Source: a virus
Virus record (IMG/VR): IMGVR_UViG_3300020469_003886
Coordinates: 28,103-92,102 of that record
Strand: one strand, 5' to 3'
Length of the DNA stretch: 64,000 bases
The notes under the pieces: generated by a model
What the model saw: the letters and a program-made list of their open reading frames with translations, nothing else
The model's database searches: none
Told to the model about the DNA's origin: nothing
Part shown: positions 56,749-64,000 of the stretch, in pieces
Numbering within the stretch: position 1 is the stretch's first letter
Layout: every line of letters starts with the position of its first letter
Position numbers and translations under genes: made by a program

Positions 56749-57477
56749 TTATTCGGTATTTTTTTTGAACAGATCTGTGATTTTAGCCTTGCATTCAAGT
56801 GCTAGATCGCGATTTTTTTCAAACTCAAGCTGATTTTTTGCTTCTTTATTTTGTTCACCATGTTTTTTAGCATCAAAATACATTTTTTTGTAGTGAGATG
56901 CTGTATTTGAGTACTGTACATAGTCATTGTATATATTGTGTAACTCAATCATTTTATGATCAGTGTATAATATTTCATCATTTAAATAATTCACTAAACA
57001 AAACGCCATTTCGTAAACTTTTATATCTTTTGATACTGTTTCGTTTGTATCTAAATTAATCACATCATACAAGTATCTTTTTCTAAATGGACGCATCTTA
57101 ATCAGATAGTGACCTACTTTTACACCATGGTCTGTTCTTTCTGTAGTAAGTGCTTTTTTAAACTTTGGATTAGTTACAGCAACTTCTACTACTTCTTTTA
57201 ACACAGAATCATCTAATTTATTGAGATTATCAACTAGTGATTTTGCATTTTTTATAGTTTTTTCTTTGTTTTCAATAACTTCTTTTTTAGACACTTTATC
57301 AAGTTTTTTTTCTACTGCATTAAGAAACTCTGAGCTACCTTTAACTGGTTCTCCCCATTTATTCATTGTACACCAAAATCTATAGTGTTCTTTTAAACTC
57401 CTGGCTGTCATGCCATCAGTTAATTCGTCAACGTGTGCGGCGACTTCGTATCTTTGTTTTCTTTTCTGTCTAAACAT
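56749..57477 (-). CDS. Hypothetical protein
   Basis: 242 aa; TTGCAA-N17-TATAAT-N6-ATG. Confidence 0.65.
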   Translation of the reverse strand: MFRQKRKQRYEVAAHVDELTDGMTARSLKEHYRFWCTMNKWGEPVKGSSEFLNAVEKKLDKVSKKEVIENKEKTIKNAKSLVDNLNKLDDSVLKEVVEVAVTNPKFKKALTTERTDHGVKVGHYLIKMRPFRKRYLYDVINLDTNETVSKDIKVYEMAFCLVNYLNDEILYTDHKMIELHNIYNDYVQYSNTASHYKKMYFDAKKHGEQNKEAKNQLEFEKNRDLALECKAKITDLFKKNTE

Positions 57478-57492
57478 AAGTTTATTATACTA

Positions 57493-58014
57493 CTATTTTT
57501 TGTTTTTTGCAACTATATCTGCAAACTTTATTATTTTAGCAAATTCTGGATCATTTTGCAACTTCTTTATTGATCCTGATATTTCTTTATCAACATTTTT
57601 CATCATGTCTTGTGCTTGATCTTTTGATGCTTGTTTTGTGCCTTGTGTGCCTTGTGTGCCTTGTGTTGATTTAGGTTCTGTGCTTGTATTACCTTGTATG
57701 TTTCCTGCTGATGCTGTGTTTTTTGACACTGTTTTACTTTTGTATCCTTGTTTAAATGCGTCTGCGACTGAATATTCATCAAGTAATGTTTTTGTATCAT
57801 CATCTAATCGGTCAAAACCGGATTGTAATATTTGTTTTGCACTTTCTGGATCTTCTTCGTCAACTGCTTTGGCTAGATTCATATAATCTCTAAGACCTAA
57901 TGGTTCTGTCAATGATTTAACCACACTAGTTGGCATGTGTACTAAATTACTAACTTGGTTAGTAAATGCTTTTGGGTCGTCAATTGTGTTTAATATATCG
58001 TCTTTTAAGCTCAT
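57493..58014 (-). CDS. Hypothetical late protein
   Basis: TATAAATA-N5-ATG; contains (TQG)3. Confidence 0.65.
   Translation of the reverse strand: MSLKDDILNTIDDPKAFTNQVSNLVHMPTSVVKSLTEPLGLRDYMNLAKAVDEEDPESAKQILQSGFDRLDDDTKTLLDEYSVADAFKQGYKSKTVSKNTASAGNIQGNTSTEPKSTQGTQGTQGTKQASKDQAQDMMKNVDKEISGSIKKLQNDPEFAKIIKFADIVAKNKK
57636..57666. repeat. 9 bp coding tandem repeat, TGTGCCTTG x3
   Basis: Encodes TQG repeats. Confidence 0.8.
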
Positions 58015-58029
58015 ACTAATATTTATACT

Positions 58030-59097
58030 TTAAACGTACTTTGCACAATTAAACGCACAACTATAATGTGGATTTGTGTCAATTGATTCTTTTAAATTCG
58101 ATTTAAAAAATGGATTTTTTAATATATCCTCTAGACTTTTATGATATATGCTATTCCATTTTGGTCCATAGTACTGATCTAAATGGTGTAGATATTTTCC
58201 TGTAGATCTATATAATTTTGACCTATTTGGTCTAAGATAATAATCATGATAATGGTCTTGGAAATAACAACATGGCCACACTCTGCCATCAAAACCAATA
58301 AACAAAGATTGTTCTTTTAACCACCAACAGTCTATTACCTTTTCTTTTTTTGTATCAGTTACTTTTTCGTTGTTTAATAATTGTACTATTTGTTGTCTAA
58401 GTATAGGAGCATCTTTACTGTTATAATCTTTTATTTCTTCTACTTTTTTATGTACTTGTGTTTTTTGTTCAATTATTTTTTGAGTTGGCCAAGATTCGTC
58501 TGGAGTCCTATTATTTTGTTTTGTTACAAATTTTAAATTTAAATTATTTGCTTCTTGTTTTGCTTTTTCAAGTTCATGCTCATTGTGTGGAAATATAATG
58601 TACTTCCATTCTCCTCTACCACCGGCAGTTGTATATGCTTTCATATTTTCTAAAATTTTATCAAAGTTTGAATTTACTCTGTATAGGTGATTAGTTTCTC
58701 GATGTCCATCAACACTGAATTTTACTTTGATTCCATTTCTTCCGGTAGTAAAATGTTTCTTACTGAGCTTACCAAATTTTTTCCACCAAGCAGTTGATCT
58801 TAAACTGCCATTTGTATCTATTATCATCATTGCTCCTGCTTCTACACAATATTTTGCAATTTCAAAAAAATCTTTGTGCATCAGTGGGTCGCCAACTACT
58901 CCACAAAAAGATATTTTTTTATTTTTTATGATTGTAGGAGTAAATGTTTTAACAAATAATTCATAAGGCATAGAAGTTAATTCTAAACCTGAAGCAACTT
59001 TACCGCCATGTGTTCTTGTACAACCTGGACATAATAAATTACAGTGTGATGTTAATTCAATTTCAAATGCATTATAGCTCTTAATACCGTTCTTCAT
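58030..59097 (-). CDS. Radical SAM protein with C-terminal SPASM/twitch domain
   Basis: CNLLCPGC, CGVVGDP, DTNG, FSVDG, C..PCCY..CAFNC; paralog of 23679-24797. Confidence 0.9.
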   Translation of the reverse strand: MKNGIKSYNAFEIELTSHCNLLCPGCTRTHGGKVASGLELTSMPYELFVKTFTPTIIKNKKISFCGVVGDPLMHKDFFEIAKYCVEAGAMMIIDTNGSLRSTAWWKKFGKLSKKHFTTGRNGIKVKFSVDGHRETNHLYRVNSNFDKILENMKAYTTAGGRGEWKYIIFPHNEHELEKAKQEANNLNLKFVTKQNNRTPDESWPTQKIIEQKTQVHKKVEEIKDYNSKDAPILRQQIVQLLNNEKVTDTKKEKVIDCWWLKEQSLFIGFDGRVWPCCYFQDHYHDYYLRPNRSKLYRSTGKYLHHLDQYYGPKWNSIYHKSLEDILKNPFFKSNLKESIDTNPHYSCAFNCAKYV

Positions 59098-59138
59098 AAC
59101 AGTATTTATTTTGGTGTGTATAATAATTATAAATTATT

Positions 59139-59435
59139 TTATTTTCTTCTTAGAGCTTTGTTCATTTGTGCTACACGTCTTGATGCTGGATTAAAACGTT
59201 TTGTACGCAGTGCTTTTCTTGTAATTCTAGCACCCATTCGTGATCTTGTTTTTTTAAGTGTGAATCTTTTTTTGATATCTAATGGAGCGGCACATACACT
59301 TGGATTAGATACTATTCTGCCTTTTTTTCTGCCAAATGTACAACGATATTTTTTGACTACTTTGTTTCCTTTACGGCCAAAGATCAATCTTGATTCTGGT
59401 AAATCAATGTTGTTGTCAATTTCAGCAATAATCAT
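59139..59435 (-). CDS. Highly basic protein, probably head core / DNA-binding
   Basis: KKYRC..G.KKGR.V....C; R/K-rich. Confidence 0.65.
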   Translation of the reverse strand: MIIAEIDNNIDLPESRLIFGRKGNKVVKKYRCTFGRKKGRIVSNPSVCAAPLDIKKRFTLKKTRSRMGARITRKALRTKRFNPASRRVAQMNKALRRK

Positions 59436-59438
59436 TTT

Positions 59439-59696
59439 TTATGCCCTATACACAATTGTAAATAATGTTGTTAATAGTGTAAGAAATAATGTACCCATTG
59501 ACCAAATAATAATTCTTTCAATTTTAGTAAATTGTTTTTCAGTATTTTCTTCCATCTTGTCCATACGTATATGAACACGATCAAAACGTTTCTGTATTTC
59601 TTCATGCCTTTCATGAGAAACAACTACATGAGTTTCTAAACTTTGTGATTCAAGGCTTGCTAAATCTTTTGGTATTCTTTGTGGTTCGTTATCCAT
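59439..59696 (-). CDS. Coiled-coil protein with C-terminal TM
   Basis: SLETHV...ER...I..RF..; hydrophobic tail. Confidence 0.7.
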   Translation of the reverse strand: MDNEPQRIPKDLASLESQSLETHVVVSHERHEEIQKRFDRVHIRMDKMEENTEKQFTKIERIIIWSMGTLFLTLLTTLFTIVYRA

Positions 59697-59697
59697 T

Positions 59698-60102
59698 TTA
59701 TAATGTCTCCGACTGTGTAAATTCTATATTAACTGTTCCTGTTGTTGCAAGTGTTCCGCCATTTAATACTACTCCGTTCATAGAATTAGTTAATTTACCT
59801 AAAGGATCTCCATTGTCAGCAAATACGTCTGGATGTTCTACTGCAAACTTAAATACATATCCTGCACCAGTTAATGTTGGTGCACCATTGGCGTTTAAAT
59901 CTGAAACATTTACAGGATCATTTGAAATAATTACCTGTGAAAACATTGCAATCATTTGTACAATTGAGTCAAAATCTTTTTGAGTGTCATCACTATAACT
60001 TCCAGTTTGTGTGATATCAATATTAGTGTACATTATATAAAACTGTAAGTTACTACTAATAAACTCGCCACCTCTAGCCGCTCCATTAATTCTAACTGTC
60101 AT
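59698..60102 (-). CDS. Hypothetical virion protein
   Basis: MTVRING..., FKFAVEH..VF. Confidence 0.6.
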   Translation of the reverse strand: MTVRINGAARGGEFISSNLQFYIMYTNIDITQTGSYSDDTQKDFDSIVQMIAMFSQVIISNDPVNVSDLNANGAPTLTGAGYVFKFAVEHPDVFADNGDPLGKLTNSMNGVVLNGGTLATTGTVNIEFTQSETL

Positions 60103-60320
60103 TATTTCTTCTCCACTTCGTTAATCAAATCCTGTACTGTCTGGATTTTGTGTTCGTCGTCCTGTGAAATTTTTACACCTGTTGCTTTTTCTGTCTGTAT
60201 CACCAGTTCTACTATGTCAAATGAATCTGCACCTAAATCATCAACTAAATGTGCTTCCGGAATAACCTTGCTCTCCGCAACATCTAGATGTTCTGCTATG
60301 ATTTTAATTACAGTTTTCAT
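60102..60320 (-). CDS. acpP: Acyl carrier protein
   Basis: IIAEHL.V....PEA.L.DDLGADS.D.VEL....I.TVQD. Confidence 0.9.
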   Translation of the reverse strand: MKTVIKIIAEHLDVAESKVIPEAHLVDDLGADSFDIVELVIQTEKATGVKISQDDEHKIQTVQDLINEVEKK

Positions 60321-62302
60321 TGTTTTTTCTTTCTTAAATCTAAATTTTTTCTTGTGTCATTATAACTTGGACCTTTGCCTCTGCCTAACTTGTATCCAAT
60401 GTAAGCACCAGCCAATGCCGCACCCACTGCCATTGCTTTTGATGGTTTAACTTTTTCACCATCCACATAATCTCTTTCACGCGATAGTTTCTGTAGTGTT
60501 GACATCAACGAAGACTTAGGAGCATTTGCTCTAAAGTAATTGTATAAACTTGAAACCAATGTTCTTTTTTCTCTTGTTTTTAAATTTTCCCAATCACCTG
60601 CCAAACGTTTCATAGAACGTAACTTGCTGTCACTAATATAAAACATTGATTGCAATTGCTGAAGCATTCTTTTTTCTGCATCGGCATTTGCACCAGATGT
60701 TGCAACATGATTTAAAAAACCTTTGATTTGTGTCATGTTAGGTCTCATTCTTTTTAATAATATTTCGCTGTTTTTTTCATCGTCAAATTTTGTAATTGAT
60801 CCTTTACCAAACAAGGAGTGTAACATTGCATACAAGTCAGTACCATTTGATCTAAAATAATCAAAATTACCATAACTTGTAGTTCTACTAGCATAGGTAC
60901 TTGCTACGTTTGAATATTTAAATTCTCTGTTTAGTATCTGCAATGCAATCATATGAGCAAAGGCATTGTCAGCCATATCACGTGCTGAATAATTTGATAG
61001 CCCGTGTCGTGACCTAAACATTCTTGCTTCTGTCATTAAATCATTTACAAAATCTAATTCTATTGTTTCGCTTTTCATAAAATTTTTCCTACTAAAGTCT
61101 AATCTATCCACAACTTTTACTGCATTACCAATATGATCAACAGCAACAAAACCTTCTGGATCTCTTACTTTTAGTTCTCCATCTACTTCTTCAAAACTAT
61201 CAATTGCTTTAATATTTGATAGTTTCTTGTATAATACGTCTTTTATAGCACCTAATTTAAGCCACAGTGCGTAAAAGTTCATCATATTACTCTTATTAGT
61301 ATTTAAGTAATTTACGCCAATTTGTAGGGCATTTAAACGTCTTTGTCCTGCAGGGCCTTCTCGTCCTGTTTTTAATGATGCTATTTTTTCTTCTGCTCTT
61401 CGATTGTAATCAGCAAGGAACTGATTAAAAAATTGTTCTGGATCTTGTTGTATAGAATTCTGTTTAATATTGTTGTTCATATTTGCCGCAATGTTTATCT
61501 TTAAATCATTGCCAGCATCTGACCCATCTAAGAATTCAAATGCTTTACCAATTGCTCCTAGATGTTTTTGTGCATCAGCGATAGCCTTTTCAACTGCCGC
61601 TGATTCTTGTGACGTCATAGTTGCCATTCCTGAAAAATCTTTTATATAAGCATCATCAAACCAAACATCAGAAGTTTCAGATAGATCAGATAAGTTAACT
61701 TTAAATGATGCTGACATTTTATCTAAGCTCTCACCTTCATAAGCAGTATGAAATACAATTCCAACTTTTGCTGATTTTATTTTTTGTGCTAGTGCAGAAT
61801 CACTTGGTACTGCGTATGTAATTGTATTTGGTTTGAATGTAATGTATGATTTACCTTCAAAGGATCTCTCTTGTAAGTCACCTTGTGTAAACATTAAGTC
61901 ACCTTGAAGTACATTTTGTATATTTAATTTTGATAAATTTTGTAAAACTGCGTTGAGTTTACCACGTAAACCACTTTTGTCATTATCTCCAACATCAGCA
62001 TGATTTGTGTTAATGTCTTGTGCTGATTTATTTAACTTTGGAGATTTAGCAAATACACCTTTTGTGCCTACAAAAAATTTTCCATCAGCAGGATCACGCC
62101 CACAAACAATTGCAGGTGAACCGTCCCACTTTGTAGTGATATTAAACTTTTTAGGCGAATGCCCTTTTACTATTGTTGATAAATTTTTTAGGAAACGTAT
62201 GGCTTCTACAGCACCTTTTTTACCTTTGAAAAGAGATAAGTCTTCAAGATGTGTTAAATGCGTGTTTACATCTTCTGTAATATTAAGATCTGTCAGATTC
62301 AT
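60317..62302 (-). CDS. DUF6267-like protein with ligase-type KxDG motif plus C-terminal domain
   Basis: HLTHLED, TTKWDGSPAI, GTKGVF, LQGDLMF, PEGFV, K.VDRL.FS. Confidence 0.65.
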   Translation of the reverse strand: MNLTDLNITEDVNTHLTHLEDLSLFKGKKGAVEAIRFLKNLSTIVKGHSPKKFNITTKWDGSPAIVCGRDPADGKFFVGTKGVFAKSPKLNKSAQDINTNHADVGDNDKSGLRGKLNAVLQNLSKLNIQNVLQGDLMFTQGDLQERSFEGKSYITFKPNTITYAVPSDSALAQKIKSAKVGIVFHTAYEGESLDKMSASFKVNLSDLSETSDVWFDDAYIKDFSGMATMTSQESAAVEKAIADAQKHLGAIGKAFEFLDGSDAGNDLKINIAANMNNNIKQNSIQQDPEQFFNQFLADYNRRAEEKIASLKTGREGPAGQRRLNALQIGVNYLNTNKSNMMNFYALWLKLGAIKDVLYKKLSNIKAIDSFEEVDGELKVRDPEGFVAVDHIGNAVKVVDRLDFSRKNFMKSETIELDFVNDLMTEARMFRSRHGLSNYSARDMADNAFAHMIALQILNREFKYSNVASTYASRTTSYGNFDYFRSNGTDLYAMLHSLFGKGSITKFDDEKNSEILLKRMRPNMTQIKGFLNHVATSGANADAEKRMLQQLQSMFYISDSKLRSMKRLAGDWENLKTREKRTLVSSLYNYFRANAPKSSLMSTLQKLSRERDYVDGEKVKPSKAMAVGAALAGAYIGYKLGRGKGPSYNDTRKNLDLRKKKQ

Positions 62303-62552
62303 TTATACTGTATATCTTTCTGATGCCTCGCTCAAACTTTGCAGGATCTGAACTTTTAATGCTGTTGACTAATCGTCTAGATAATTCACCAGCAGTGTTT
62401 TCATCATAAGATTCATACAGCATATCAATTAGATTGAGAGCAGATGATATAACGTGACTTGCACGTGATTCGATTAAAGCCTCTCTTGAACTTTTTGGTA
62501 CCGATTGGCTAATCTCTTCCAGGATTGATCTAGTATGTCGTTTCATTGTCAT
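62283..62552 (-). CDS. Conserved hypothetical late protein
   Basis: TRSILEEI..IESRA.HVI.SA.NL..D..KF.RGI; TATAAATA upstream. Confidence 0.7.
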   Translation of the reverse strand: MTMKRHTRSILEEISQSVPKSSREALIESRASHVISSALNLIDMLYESYDENTAGELSRRLVNSIKSSDPAKFERGIRKIYSINESDRS

Positions 62553-62611
62553 CAGCTCTTTACTTTCCTATACACTTATTTATACTAAAAAGAAGCCTAT
62601 ATAAACTCATA

Positions 62612-64000
62612 CTATAGGTCGCTTTCGCTAGAATATTGATGACGTTTTGATTTTAGTATACTACGTAGGTTTGCTACTTGTTCAACCTTTTCAGCCACCT
62701 GTGCGCCTTGATTTTCAGGTTTTTTAGGTGTTATTACACTGGTTCTTTTCTTTATAGTACTTGCTACATTGGCTGTTGTCATATTGTCATCTTCAGCCAG
62801 TTGTTCTTCTGTTAAGTCTGTGATTCTTAAGGTATCTATATTAAATGCCAAGTTAATTTTAGTTCCGACACCACCACTTGATCTTGTTTTCATAAGTTGA
62901 ATCAGATATCTTCCACGTTCACGCATAGCTCTACTTGTTTGAATACCTATAACATTATCTGCTGTTTGTATTTTACTCAAACCACCTGCAATATGCGAAT
63001 GATCAAACTCTGTTTCTTCAACACTAGCTCTGTTTAACTGAGATGCTGTGGCTAGTACAATCTGTTGTTCAACTGCTAAATTACGCAATTCCTCAGATAC
63101 ATATTTGTCTTTGATAAACAAATCACTTGGCGAAACTCTTTTTGATATTGGCATTAACAAGTCTAAATAGTCAACACAGATACAATCTGGTTTAGTGCCT
63201 GTCTGCACTTCATATTCTTTTAAGTAACTACGTAAATCATTTACTGTTGCACCACTGCTGATATATTTTAATTGAAACTTACCAGATTTTTGACCTTGCA
63301 TTCTAACCATCAAATCAATGTCATCAATTTTTTTAAATATTTCATTTGTTGATACACCAGTTGACATACTGTCAACTCTCATAGAACTTAATTCTTCACT
63401 TAATTCAAATGTAAAGTAGATTACATTCATTCCAACGTTTGCCCAGTTCAATGCAACGTTTTGTAAAAATAAACTTTTACCTGCACCAGACTGTCCTGCA
63501 AATATATTCAATTCACCTTTGTTAAATCCACCATACAGTTTTTGATCTAATGCTGACCAGCCTGTACTTACTGTGCCATTGTTATCTTTGAGTGATAGCA
63601 ATCTTGCTTTAGGATCTAAAAAGTAATCTGTACCTAAATCTTTTGTAAGTCCTATTCTCACTGCATTTTTAATTTTATCTTCTACTTGACCATAGTCGCC
63701 ATTTTCTAATAAATCTGCTGATTGTATGATGGCAAGTTCTAATGCCTTGTGTCTGCAAAAAGTTTCAAATTCATCAAAGAACCAATTTTTGTGTCTTTCA
63801 TCAATGTCAACTTTTTTAAGTTCAACACCACAGGTTGCTTGTATTTGTTCTGTGGTTGGAAGTGCATTATATTCTTCAGAATGCTCTAACATGAACTTTG
63901 TTACATTGGCTAGTTTACGTGAGAAATATTCTACTTTAACAATATTTTTTACTCTGACAAACAGTTCAGGATCTGTTGCACAAAACTCTAAAAATAGTTT
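62612..64000 (-). CDS. Replicative DnaB-like helicase (T4 gp41-like), 5' end beyond the window
   Basis: AGQSGAGKS, FELSE, VDYLD, TASQLNR, KTR; frame open to 64000 (KLFLEFCATDPELF...). Confidence 0.93.
   Translation of the reverse strand, partial: KLFLEFCATDPELFVRVKNIVKVEYFSRKLANVTKFMLEHSEEYNALPTTEQIQATCGVELKKVDIDERHKNWFFDEFETFCRHKALELAIIQSADLLENGDYGQVEDKIKNAVRIGLTKDLGTDYFLDPKARLLSLKDNNGTVSTGWSALDQKLYGGFNKGELNIFAGQSGAGKSLFLQNVALNWANVGMNVIYFTFELSEELSSMRVDSMSTGVSTNEIFKKIDDIDLMVRMQGQKSGKFQLKYISSGATVNDLRSYLKEYEVQTGTKPDCICVDYLDLLMPISKRVSPSDLFIKDKYVSEELRNLAVEQQIVLATASQLNRASVEETEFDHSHIAGGLSKIQTADNVIGIQTSRAMRERGRYLIQLMKTRSSGGVGTKINLAFNIDTLRITDLTEEQLAEDDNMTTANVASTIKKRTSVITPKKPENQGAQVAEKVEQVANLRSILKSKRHQYSSESDL

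Noticed and set aside
493-62351. All plus-strand ORFs in the track, and short nested minus-strand ORFs such as 19057, 43418, 46977, 54600 and 57603
   Set aside because: They are antisense or alternative-frame shadows of well-supported minus-strand genes or tRNAs, with no motifs.
1-64000. Bacterial chromosome origin suggested by ribosomal and housekeeping genes
   Set aside because: rplK lacks rplA/nusG and infC lacks rpmI/rplT. These genes are interleaved with T4-like helicase, PAAR, fibre genes and TATAAATA promoters on one strand.
1-64000. Stop-codon reassignment (TAG or TGA) as in some large phages
   Set aside because: Long genes are intact in code 11, and clpP, clpX and rplK end at TAG at their expected length. 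No suppressor tRNA; the TGA anticodon at 45678 is Ser.

Overview
AT-rich 64 kb segment of a large T4-like (myovirus-type, jumbo-like) bacteriophage genome. Every credible gene lies on the minus strand and reads in the standard code. Core phage genes are a gp41-like helicase (cut by the right edge), ATP-dependent ligase, NrdA/NrdB, exonucleases, PAAR, tail-fibre and head-core-like proteins, with TATAAATA late promoters. They are interleaved with a heavy load of host-like genes whose sequences suggest a marine alphaproteobacterial, possibly SAR11-like, host (inference, no search run): translation (uL11, bS21, IF3, Csp, Smr, 5 tRNAs), proteostasis (ClpX, ClpP, ClpS, Hsp20), metabolism (Prs, GuaC, NadE, SpeD, MtnN, QueD, ALDH7, ACP), Fe-S supply (Nfu, SufT, ferredoxin), a radical-SAM/amidinotransferase/methyltransferase/glycosyltransferase cluster, SbmA and a MotA/ExbB-type trio. 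The most notable sequence-level signals are: (1) about a dozen promoters placed so that transcription would start at or next to the ATG (leaderless), alongside phage-encoded IF3, bS21 and uL11; (2) a probable -1 frameshift at an A9 run that fuses a membrane protein to the ORF coupled to clpX; (3) a preQ1-I-like pseudoknot upstream of queD; (4) two CDSs whose only stop codon is U8-A9-G10 of the downstream tRNA; (5) a microprotein cluster under tandem LysR-type boxes; (6) a duplicated ROSE-like thermometer on hsp20. All family calls come from motif recognition by eye.
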